Source: Neolecta irregularis DAH-3 (Eukaryota). Taken from it: a stretch of 35,913 nt of DNA. Where the stretch lies: assembly GCA_001929475.1 (NCBI GenBank), contig LXFE01001511.1, positions 1 to 35,913 of the forward strand, given 5' to 3'. The position numbers were made by a program, and so were the translations under genes. This document shows, in pieces, positions 10,959-22,395 of this stretch (within the stretch, counting starts at the first letter, position 1; every line of letters starts with the position of its first letter). The notes under the pieces were generated by a model. That model ran no database searches. It saw only the letters and a list, made by a program, of their open reading frames with translations, and was not told the DNA's origin.

Positions 10959-13005
10959 ATGGCCGAAGCTTTAAAACAACAAGGTACTTGGCTAGTTTAT
11001 ATTAGAACTATTCCCACTAACATTTCCAGGGAACGCTGCGTTCGCCGCCAAGGAATTTCCTCGTGCAATTGAATTTTTCACTCAAGTATCCTTGTTCGAA
11101 GATCTGCTGCTGAATCCTAAAGGCAATCGAAATCGACTCCCAGAATCATGTACTTTATTCTAACCGCTCTGCTTGTTACGCCTCACAGAAAGAATGGCAG
11201 CAAGCTGTTGAAGATGCCGAAAAAGCAATCCAGATAAAACCTGATTGGGGTAAAGGTTGGAGTCGGAAAGCTTCTGCATTGCATGGACTTGGAGATTTAG
11301 GTATGTAGTCCTACAACTTGATCTGCTAAATGATAGTTGGAGCGAAAGATAGTTACGAAGAAGGCTTGAAAGTCGATTCCACGAATGCACAGTTGAAAGC
11401 TGGGTTGGAAGCAGTCAATGATGCGATTCAAAAGGAGGCTCAAGAAGATGGAATTGATGCAGATATGGGTCTTGGGAAGGTGTGTTACTCATCATGATAC
11501 CCCTAATATGTAGATGTTTGCGGATCCAAATCTCTTTGGAAGAATTGCTGCAAACCCAAAGCTTGCACCTCTTCTCGCTGACTCGGATTTCATGAATAAG
11601 CTTCGGCGAGTTCAGCAGAATCCAAAGCTCATTCAGCAAGAGATGCGCGATCCTCGAATGATGAGTGTCCTTGGCATGCTACTCGGTGTTGATATTCAAA
11701 CTCCTGATGTTTCAAGCCTAAAATGTCCTCAGCTGACCTTGTAGATCCCAATGCCTGATGTTACTCCAATTCCAAGCACAGAAACTTCTAGCAAGGAAGA
11801 TTCCAAGAAACAGCCCGAGCGCGAACCCGAGCATATAGATGAGGACTCGAAGGATGAGTTGGAAAATAAGAAAAAGGCAGAAGCCGAAAAAGCACTTGGG
11901 AATGCGGCATACAAATCTAGAAATTTCGACGAAGGTTTATCTCAAGTTTTTATAATGAAATTGACATATAGCTATTCAGCATTATACCGCCGCCTACGAC
12001 ATTCACAAAGAGATGACTTATCTTACCAACCTGGCTGCAGTCTATTTCGAACAAGAAGAATACCAAACATGTATCGAGACTTGCGAGAGAGCTATTGAAG
12101 AAGGTCGAGAAGTCCGCACCGATTTCAGGACTATGGCCAAGTATAATCATCATTCATAGCAACTACCCTAAATGATAATAGGGCCCTTGGACGTATTGGA
12201 AGCGCCTACATGAAACAGAACGATTTCGATAAGGCTATCAAATACTTCAACAAATCACTGACTGAACACCGTACTCCAGATATCCTAAGCAAACTTCGTG
12301 ATGCTGAGAGACTTAAAAAGGACGCAGAAGTTGCAGCATATATTAATCCAGAAGAAGCGGAGAAAGCTCGGATCCAAGGAAATGAGCAGTTTAAGAAAGG
12401 CGACTTTGTTGGCTCCGTCAAAAGCTATACCGAAATGGTCAAACGTGCTCCCCAAGACGCCAGAGCATATGGAAACCGAGCAGCAAGCTATATCAAACTT
12501 GCTGCTATGCCTGATGCTCTGAAGGTATAGCCTTTTCGTCGTAAATGTTAACCTCAATAGGACGCGGAAACAGCAATATCCATCGACCCAACTTTTGTCA
12601 AAGCTTATATTCGGAAAGTTTCTGCCCTTCTTGGTATGCGCGAGTATGCAAAGGCCCAAGCTGCGCTTGCGGAAGCTCGTCAGGCAGATACAGAAGGAAA
12701 TCATACTGGTGAACTGAATAGTCTTGAGCAAAAGATTATCATGGCCATGTATGGCCCTGCGGAAGGCGGATCTGAGGCGGACGTTCAAGAACGTATTGAA
12801 CGGGATCCAGAACTTTCTAGAATATTAGCGGATCCAGTTATGAGGAGTATTCTGGAGCAGGCTAGGAACGATCCCGCTGCGCTGAACGTAAGTTGATACT
12901 TTCAGAATATGTGGCTGATATATCTTATAGGAACATATGAAGAATCCGATGATCCGTGAAAAGATTATGAGATTGGTTTCGGCAGGCGTTATTAAGACGA
13001 GATAG
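10959..13005 (+). CDS. STI1: Hsp70/Hsp90 co-chaperone Sti1/Hop (TPR and DP domains), multi-exon
   Basis: [78 protein letters not shown] and the ending [10 protein letters not shown]. Confidence 0.96.
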
Positions 13006-13675
13006 CCAGTTATTAAACTGAACAAATTCGAAATTTTAAGTATGATTGATAAAATATATATTTGTCTTGATTAGTCTTCGGTTTGATTATCCCTCCAGGT
13101 AAAGTGCCCTACAACCCTGTGGCACGGAAATGATTCAAGTAATCTAATAGAGGAAATTTCTCCACAAATGGGAGTTTCTTCTTTTGTCTTCCTTTTCTTT
13201 GGTATTTGCTAGACGGCTAATGTGACTATTCGTTTTCTATGAGTAGGACCGTAGTTGCTCTTTGTTTCGGTTGTCGATATGCTCTATCTGTTCAAGCCAA
13301 GAATCAATTCTTTTGTTTTTTCTAAGCCATACTGTAATCTCTCAAAACTCTACACCGACGAGCTGTGTGGTGCAATCTGGTTTTTATATCTTCAAGTGAA
13401 AGGTTTAATACCAACGCGTCTATATTTCAGAAAGATGTCATCTCGAGGTTCAAGAATGGGGAGTTTCTAGTGCTCAGTTGAATTGATTATGAAGCAAGAA
13501 TAAAGCTATTTCCTCAGAAAAAATATTGAACAAGATGTTCTCGTTGCATGATGATCAGATTGAAACATATTTTCGGGCTTGAAAGAAACAGTGGCTAGTA
13601 CTTCATTCCTCTCAAGAAAACTACTCCTATTTCGCTAAACCTCGACAATCTCCAAAAGTCATTGTACATGAATTT

Positions 13676-14193
13676 TCAAAACAATTCAGTTATCATTTCT
13701 AGGAAATTCTTTTTGACGTCTTTTGCTTTGAACGTCACCTTCAAACAACCTTGCGGAATTTTCTCGGCCAAACTCCATTGCCATAACCCCTGTGTGCATC
13801 TCAAGAACGTGATTTCTTCATTATTCAGAAAGACCTTGAGATTGTTTCGACTATCTCGAGTCCACTCTCGGCCTTCATTTCTCTCAATTTCTCCCAAGAG
13901 AGGGCTTGGAAATTTGTCTGGAACTGCTATAGGTTGATACCTACTGTCATATAACTGGCCCTGGTAAAAATATAATTTTTCTCTCTCGTTATCTTCAATA
14001 AGGTGTGACAGCCGGAGATGGAGATCCTTGTCCACTCTGAAAATCATGCTGTCTACACGAGCACTCAGAATAACCTTTCGTTAAGTTAATAGCAGAGATT
14101 ATTGGATACCTCGTGTGTTGATATCTGCTTATGAAGGTATTCTAGAGTACCGAAATTATACAGAGGCATGATCAATGGCCCGGTCAGATCCAT
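13676..14193 (-). CDS. Hypothetical protein of about 160 aa, 2 exons
   Basis: ATG at 14193, then a 35-nt GT-AG intron (14109-14075) joining in frame to the 123-aa ORF. Composition is protein-like but there is no recognisable domain; the true 5' end is uncertain. Confidence 0.4.
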
Positions 14194-14359
14194 ATCTTGT
14201 GTATATCAGCAGAAAAGGAGGACCCTCTCAATTTGAAGTGTTGACAGGAGGTAGAGACTATGTCTCAAACTTTTGAAACATAAGGTTTCCGATGTTCCAT
14301 TTGATTTCAAATGCTTGACATTCTTTCTACTCGAATGTATTAGCCTTACAGATAATTAC

Positions 14360-15775
14360 CATGTGGAGGGAAGGATGACATCAAATCTTTTTCGGGAATC
14401 TAAAAATATTTGTGCACAAAATCTATTGGCATTATGACTCCCTCGTCTTTTGCCACCAAGAGAGTCTGTTGAGCATATCTTTATCTTACCATTACGTAAG
14501 GAAGGCTTGCAATGACATCGCGGCATTTTAATTTGTACTATCACAGGTAGATAGGAGTTCACACCTGGCAAAGTTTATGTCATTGGCTTGTATAAACCTG
14601 GTCTTATTCCTACCCGAGCTTCAACACTTACACTCTGCACATTTAAAAGATTCTCATTAAAGGAATTTTAATCTGCGAATTTACGTCGAATCTCCTGCAT
14701 TTCCCTTTAAAATTTCGAGAGGAATAGCTTGGTGAGAATGTGTTTAATTTCTCATACACCAATACTCTCTGTAAGCTTGAAACATGCAAGCTGTAATTTC
14801 AGGTAGGTTTCAGGGACTTTGACTTTTCTTCTCACTTGGAGATTCAATTAATTGGAGGAAGTGTGGTTTTGGTTTCCTCAAGGCTGAGATTTGGATAGAG
14901 AGCTTGTAGAGATTATAAAGGAATTAAAGAGGGTATACTGTGACTATGCGAAAAGACTAGCTCCAGGCCCATATTTATAGACCCAGTATTCTCCTACCCA
15001 GAAGAGAGGCGAGAAAAGTAGTTGAGAAAAGAGAAAGATACAAGGAAAATATTTGGTGCAGAAAAAAGGAGGTGAAGAAGAGAAATGACTATTAGGTGCT
15101 TAGTGCCATACTGCCAAAGAGACTCGGGCCAGGATTAGGAAACTCCATTTTCCGGAAGAAAGGGGTTTCCGAATGATGGTTGTTGCAGGGGAGGGAAAAG
15201 GGGTGAGTGTTGTTGTTGATTGCGAGAAAGGTTTGAGAGTCCGACCTTAAAGGAAAGAGGGGGGCAGAGTATGTCTTTTAGGCCGTGGGAGAGAGCGGAC
15301 AGGGAGGGGAAATGCAAAGGTTTGTATTAAGCGATGGCATGCCGGAACGACTGAGGGTACAGGTCGAGGGGAATTATGGCAGCGAGTTAATAGTGCGGTG
15401 AGGTGACGGGAGGTTTGGTGATGAAATTGTGTAAAATTTGTGTCTCGTACAACAAGCTTAATGCCTGAAGTTACAAATAAGACCAGGTTATATTCTAGCC
15501 CACGTGTTGCAGTTAGGGTTAGAAATAACTCTATACTCTAGTTTTAATGCCCGGCCTTTCGTGGGCGAAATATTATCCTACGCCTTCTTGCCGTATTGGT
15601 AAGGTAACCCTTTTGGGTATATCCGTACACTCCCGTAGTCTGCAATTCAATGAGTATACCTGTTGCAGTGATTTGCCTTTGGTATAGGTAATAGATATTG
15701 CTTATGGGTAAATCTTTTGTTTCAAGACACCAAGCTACGACTTCAGCATTCAGATTTCAAGATATCCATCTCGTC
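14360..15775 (-). ncRNA. Candidate telomerase RNA (TER) with template 5'-CUAACCCUAAC-3' at 15522-15512
   Basis: About 1.4 kb lacking any convincing ORF. The 11-nt TTAGGG template is enclosed by nested long-range helices: 15476-15489/14595-14608, 15582-15603/14485-14506, 15626-15632/14471-14477, 15690-15701/14416-14427 and 15752-15770/14374-14388. A 5' splice site and branch point follow. Ends are approximate. Confidence 0.7.
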
Positions 15776-16573
15776 GAACCTGGATAAAACTGGCAAGTTT
15801 GTAAAATATAACCTACAGTATTCTATATGGAATAGCTTGAGAATCGCACCTAGTATTCGTATGTCAACCTGTAACACACAGGGTGCAATAGTAGAGCTTT
15901 GCAGACTTAGATGGCCTGTATAAACCGAGAAAAACGAGGGTTAGGATTCCTTTGCTGAATGAATAGAGCATTATTCACCGGTCCTACAAGCAGGCAGCTA
16001 CAGGTCTACTTATAAGAAACAGAAATGGCCGCATCGGTTATAGAAACCTAGACTTTGACCAAAGGAAAAGCCAAACTAGAGACCCCTTTAAAATATCCTC
16101 AAAAGATTACAATATCATTTTCGTTCCACAAACGAAGTCAATCAAAGGATCAATGTGCAAATTCTGCGCCAACGTGCTATAGCAGAAACAAGAGCGCTTT
16201 CAAATAACCGTAGAATATTGTTCACTGGATTGAAACATCCGGGCTATGTCTACCGCGGCATCTGCGCCGTCTTTTTCACTGCAATCCAAGTGGGAAAAAA
16301 CTGTGTTTCATCTATCACAAGTGCTACAGACTAAAAGGAAACTGCGTGCCTTTTCGCACCCCGAGTGGCCTCTGGGCACTTATATTTCAACGGATAAATT
16401 GACTCGGCGCTAGTTGGTTCAAGGATCCATTCTAGCCGAATTGCGAAACTTGAACTGACTCCTGAGTGTTTGCTTGCCACGTCGCACGGGTATTATGAGA
16501 TCCTGTTTTCTGGCGGTTGTATTTAAATACCCGCTGTACTATCATCATCTCACAAACAACCACTCCTATCAAA

Positions 16574-18668
16574 ATGGCACTCCATCCGGGCCGAGTCCAC
16601 CATAAAACACAGAGTGCTTTTGTGCGCCCTGGCAAAAGTTTCTGTCTCACAATTAGGCATTCGACAATCAATCCACAAGTGTGGCCGCGGCTCAGATGCG
16701 CAATGAACTCAGTAAGATTGCAGAATCCATCAAAGAACCAAAGACTAGAAAGGTATTTCGTTCATATACTATTTTGTCGTCTCTTTGGTTTGGCAATAGA
16801 GTGGCCTGCAGTGATGTTGCTCTCTTTATCGGTGGTCTGTTGACATGGAACTGATTCGACATCTAATTTCTCTTGCCACTCTCATGGCAGGCAATACATC
16901 TCCAGTCATATTGACAACTGGACAACTGAGTGACTTTTGTAGTTCGTACCTGTATCGCAAGTTTTGCAGATCCGCCAAGGTAGTCTTGCGAACCAAGATC
17001 TTTTTACTCTATTCCTAGCGCGGGGTAGATCTCCACTCGGGAATAAAAATGAAACCAGGGGTCTCTGTAGATCTGCAATTGGTGTCCACTTGCTCAAATT
17101 CTATCTCTTCTTTCTTTCCCCCAATTTTCAGCTTGTGGTTTAACTTTTAGGCTTTCGAAATTGAAATGGATAATTTCTTTGCACTCTTCCGACGATATCT
17201 GATTGATAAGGCAAAGGGAACCAAAATGTAAATATTCATCATGTTCTGTAAACTAACTTGCAGCGAATGGGATAGAATTCATCCTCCAAAAAAGGAGCAG
17301 GTCATTGACTATGATACTCTGTCCGGAAGTGCACCAGAGGAATTTCTTAAAAGACTTGCTGTTCTCAAATTGAACGGTGGTCTTGGTACCACAATGGGCT
17401 GTGTGGGCCCAAAAAGTGTCATTGAAGTTCGAGAAGGAAATTCTTTTCTTGACCTTAGCGTTCGGCAAATCGAGGTACTTGACAACCTTCAACGCAATTG
17501 TAAAGTCATAGCATCTTAACAGAACCTATGGCGTCTCAGTCCCGTTTGTTTTGATGAACAGCTTCAATACCGATGAAGATACTTCCAGAATCATCAAGAA
17601 ATACGAGGGTCACAATATCGAAATTCTGACATTCAACCAATCAAGATTTCCTCGTGTTTTAAAAGATTCCCTCCTCCCCGTCCCTAGGGAGTACGATTCT
17701 GCGAAATCTGAATGGTATCCACCCGGCCATGGCGATGTCTTCGAAGCGCTCTCCAACAGCGGTCTCCTGGATCAACTCATTGCAAAGGGAAAAGAAATAC
17801 TCTTCGTCTCAAACATCGATAATCTAGGCGCCGTTGTCGACCTCAGAATTCTGAGCCACATGGCTTCGTCACAGTCGGAATATTTAATGGAGCTCACTCA
17901 AAAGACAAAGGCAGATGTTAAAGGAGGGACCTTAATCTGCTATGATGATACAGTACGTCTTCTAGAAATTGCTCAAGTTCCAAGTCAACACATCGAAGAA
18001 TTCAAAAGCATCAAGAAATTTAAATATTTCAACACAAACAACATTTGGCTGAACCTGCATGCAGTGAAACGAGTTGTCGAAAACAATGAACTAGAAATGG
18101 AAATCATTCCCAACTTTAAAACTCTCACATCCGATAAAAAGGGAGAAAACGATCAAAGTATAATTCAGCTCGAAACTGCCGTAGGTGCAGCAATCCGCTA
18201 CTTTAAGAATGCTCACGGCGTCAATGTGCCTCGCAACCGATTTTTGCCTGTGAAGACTTGTTCGGATCTGTTACTAGTCAAATCGGATTTGTTTAAACTT
18301 AAACATGGACAACTTGTCATGTCGGAAGAACGATTTGGTCCGGCTCCTATCGTTAAATTGGGGGTAGATTTCAAAAAAGTCAGTGATTTTCAAAGGCGGA
18401 TACCTGCCATACCTAAAATTTTAGAATTGGATCACTTGACTATTACCGGTGCTGTCAATCTCGGTCGAGATATCGAATTTCGAGGTGGCGCTTGTTTATG
18501 TGCGAAAGATTGATCTTTAGGTACTGTAATCATTGTTGCGAGTGATGGCAGTCGGATTGATATCCCGAATGGAAGTGTCATTGAGGTATCTTGATTTCCG
18601 ATAGAAAAAGTTGCTCATCAGCCTAGAATCAAGTGATCACCGGGAATCTAAGAATCCTTGAGCACTAG
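16574..18668 (+). CDS. UGP1: UTP-glucose-1-phosphate uridylyltransferase
   Basis: [54 protein letters not shown] and the ending [10 protein letters not shown]. Includes a 398-nt second intron (16753-17150). Confidence 0.97.
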
Positions 18669-19322
18669 AGAGTAAATGACTGATGAAATGACCTAGATAG
18701 AGGACTTTGCTCCCGGTAGATGTGTTCTTGATGATCATTGAGATTTTCTGAATGCTTCGCTCTATGAGCTTTCGCTGAAGTGGAAATACCTACTGCTTTA
18801 GCATATTTTTCAAATACATTAATAGCAATTTCAACAGTTTCACCAACGAGGTTGGCCACCCCATAGACCTTGATTCTCCCTTCAAAAATCTCCTGAGTTA
18901 CAGGTTTGATTATCATTTAATCCTAACCCTAAACTTCTGATGTTCCCTTATCCTGCCCCTATATTTGTGTATATCTTGCCTTCCGATACTAAATAACTTA
19001 CATTTATATCTAATCTATTCTGCACTAACGTTAACCCTAATTGAGAAATGCAACGACTCAAAGCACGTGTTACAGAAAATTATTTATCACGAGTCGCTGG
19101 CGATAACAAATACTTGCAGCAAGATTTCTCTTGTTAATTTCCCATAAAAAGTTCCCCTTCTAATCAACTGTAGAAATCATCTGTAACTTGCCGGAAACTT
19201 GTCCCGTAAATCAGAGTTGGAATACGTGATCACAGCATCGATCGAAACAGACTAATCAAATACGTTCCGAAACAAGCACCCAGCATAAATCTCGCTTGAA
19301 TTTCTAATTCTGAGCCTATTGC

Positions 19323-20785
19323 ATGCGGCTTTTGCGCTATATCCTCCCTCTTTCAATTAAAAACTTGCAATGCCGAAATGCCTCGACAACAAACTTTTCT
19401 GATGCGCTCAGTTGTATAGAGAAAAAGGCGCCAATATTTCGTATACATCAAAAGAATGTCCGAATTTTAATATCGCCAAAGGAATTTCATGATACTCTCA
19501 AGGTACCATTTCTCTCAATCGAATAACTCGTAGGAACAAATTCTCTTGGCTAAACGCGATGTTTTTCTGCAAACATTATATATCGGCTCTTCGGAATATG
19601 ATCTGGTAAATCCTTTTCTCGACTTCCTAATGACAGATTTCCATAATTTCTCTCGCTCTCCAACGTAATCCAAAACTCAAGGTCTCTATCCTCACAGATG
19701 CGTTAAGGGGGACCCGCGAATTTCCCTCGGAATGCACAGCGACCCTCCTCGCTCCGCTGTTGGATTACCCTAATGTTGAAGTTTCAATGTATCAAACGCC
19801 TGCGTTCACAACCTTTCTGAAGAAAATACTAGCCAGGAGATGGAGGGAGGGGGTTGGTAGTCAGCACATGAAAATATACGGTTTCGACGATACAGTGATC
19901 TGCTCTGGGTATCTCATTTTGCTTATACGCCGCTTACCATAGAGCAAATCTTTCAAATGATTACTTCACGAATAGGCAAGATCGATATTGGGTATTTCAC
20001 GACAAGGACCTGACAAGTTATCACCGGAAACTGCATGCGGCCGTCAAACAAATTTCATATCAGCTCTCAAGAACAGCAGAGCTGTCATCACCACCCCTAA
20101 AATCTGTTACTTTCAGGGAATTTTTCCAACCCGGATCATACGGTGAAGGCAACATTACAGTATATCCACTTTTACAACTTCCATATCACAACATTACCTC
20201 TGAGTCAGACGCTCTCCAAATTCTACTGACAGTTCCTGGAGATTGGGTCCTAACTTCTGGATACTTCCATCCACCCCCGTGGCTACAATCCCTCCTTCAC
20301 GCAAGAGAAGATCATGGAACAGTAATCACTGCAGCACCCAATGCATATATATTTTTCATTTTTGTCTAATTTCTAGGCAAACGGATTTCTGAATTCAAAG
20401 GGAGCAAGCAATCTTCTTCCTGATGTTTATGAAAACTATCTCTCTGATTTCAAAAAGGCCTCACAAAACGCAAGATTTGTAGAATGGGAGAGGCCAGGTT
20501 GGACATATCACGCCAAAGGTACCCTTCATTCTCTCGAGGTGTCTGAAACTAGGAATCTGGATCAACCCACCCAATTCAAGCCAAACCATAACTTTGCTAG
20601 GAAGCAGCAATTTTGGCCATCGTTCGTATAATTGTGATATTGAGAATACGATGATCATTGTCTGTCCACGAGATTTAGCGATGACAGAAACGGACAGGTT
20701 ATTTCACCACACAGCGCCGAAAAAAGATAGAAAAACCAGATTCATTTCAAGGGTTGGAGGTTGGCTTTTTAGTCGATTTGTCTAA
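19323..20785 (+). CDS. PGS1: Mitochondrial phosphatidylglycerophosphate synthase (PLD superfamily), multi-exon
   Basis: LYIG, DALRGTR, QHMKIYGFDD, ANLSNDYFTNRQDRY, TAAPNANGF, GWTYHAKGIW and GSSNFGHRS, with an N-terminus resembling a targeting peptide. Confidence 0.92.
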
Positions 20786-21016
20786 GGTTGAAAAATGTAT
20801 TCGACCATCAGCTTTAATTAAAAAATATAGATGGATAGCCGCGTACTAGTTTCAGGAATGAAAGATATTATTCCATCAAATGGACTTTACAATAATGCAT
20901 CAAGCAAAAAGAAACGCATATTTATCAAGCTTGAAAGTTTTCTTCCGTACCTGGAAGATAAGCAACTTTTGAAGTCCCTAAGCTAAGCTACGAAATTACT
21001 TTTCCAATATATCAGT

Positions 21017-21468
21017 CTATGTAATTTTGCAGACGTTTGTAACGGTAATGCAGGAGTCCATTTTTGAGGATACATCCGCATTTTTACAGTTTCCAGTAAC
21101 CCAAAACTTGCCAGATTGTGCATATATGACATATGTGTTGGTTCCGTTTATTGCGTTCAGTTGCCAGCCATATTCCGGTTGAACGTCGCAAGGAATAAGG
21201 AAATGTGCTCTCCCATCAGAAGTAGGAATATCGCGCCTCAGTTGATATAAAGTGGGCGGCCAGTAGACAAAGTTCACGAGGTAAAGGCTGAAGATGGTTG
21301 GATCAGTCTCGACTGACGACCAGGACACGGTCTGGCTCTCGCCTTTAATTAGAGAAGTATTGGTCCCTGGTGCCAGGATGTGGATCGCTTCTTGTTAACC
21401 CAGCTCTGCCTTATTAAGGACTTACCTGAAGTGAAAGAGACAAAGAGACAAATGGCGAAAAGTCGCAT
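21017..21468 (-). CDS. Small secreted protein with a Kre9/Knh1-like (Ser/Thr-rich GPI-anchored family) N-terminal domain, 2 exons
   Basis: Signal peptide MRLFAICLFVSFTS, a GTAAGT intron, then ILAPGTN...QTVSWSSVETDPTIFSLYLVN...YAQSGKFWV. Confidence 0.7.
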
Positions 21469-22012
21469 TAAATGTGGCGCTATTGCTTAGAAAGAGAGGC
21501 AGAATATTATAATACCATTCCATAACTTTATCAGAAAAAGATTGTGTTGGAATAAAATCGGCATTCGGCACTCTGTGCTTCCGTTTGGGAGTTGGGTTAG
21601 ACTTTTAAGCGCTGAGCTCCTATAGTTCTTTGACATGTGTAAGATTGTTAGCACATATGCTTACAAATATGATGCCTGGCAATGATTGTATCCGTAATTT
21701 AAGAGACTCAATTCGATGTCTAGTGTGAGAAAAATGTAATGATTTCAAGAACCTGAAACTTTTAGTAAAAAAGAATAGTTTCTCAATGGATTTACGAAGC
21801 AGTTTGTACAGGGATTAATGGATGTTTGACACACGATATATTCACAGGACATGCATCCTATGTGATAATTAACAGATTACAAATACACATCAGGAAAGTC
21901 TCTTGGAATTCGAACATGACAATCAGAGAAATGTCAACTTATCCATTTCTTATTCAACCCGGAAATGAGCGGTTCTACATTTCCTTTCGGGATTCATAGA
22001 CTTCATGACTCT

Positions 22013-22395
22013 TTACTCGAGAAGGTGACCAATGTTTAGTTTGAGGACGACAGTATAACCCATTCTTTCATTCTCCAAGCAGAACGAACCCCCCTGATCC
22101 CCAAGACCTGAGACGTATTCCAAAGCCGTATTGTACAAAGCCAAATAGTAGTCATTATTAACTAACAACATCAGAGACCTAGTAAATCGCAGCAAACAAA
22201 CCCGAGCTTTTTAAGAATCCTCCCGTCAATTTGCAATTTCGGTACAGGGGGTTGATCAGCTTTACTTCCAAGCGACAAGCTTCTCAGAGCGCGCGGATGA
22301 TAATATCCCTCTTCCATTTTCCGTTCGCGAATCGCCTCAGGGCAATCCCTGCGATCGTACATGGCTGATAAGCGAAGGGAATAAGTATCAGACAT
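22013..22395 (-). CDS. Possible small hypothetical gene or gene fragment
   Basis: Two adjacent protein-like ORFs separated by an intron-like segment, but no canonical in-frame splice could be resolved. Confidence 0.2.

Noticed and set aside
13095-13180. Two small hairpins downstream of STI1 as an H/ACA snoRNA
   Set aside because: No convincing H or ACA boxes at the proper spacing.
14595-15489. The 14-bp inverted repeats as TIRs of a DNA transposon
   Set aside because: No TSD was seen, further nested pairings continue outside them, and the wobble pairs are strand-specific. A copy-number search is needed to exclude this fully.
15538-15566. Helitron 3' end (GC hairpin plus CTAG on the minus strand)
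   Set aside because: The hairpin is weak, CTAG is followed by A rather than T, and the segment lies inside the putative TER core.
18920-19040. CCTAACCCTAA (~18922) and TAACCCTAA (~19032) as alternative telomerase templates
   Set aside because: They lie in a 650-bp gap between UGP1 and PGS1 that is too short for a fungal TER, and I saw no enclosing helices. They are more likely sites for a TTAGGG-binding Myb factor, or chance matches.
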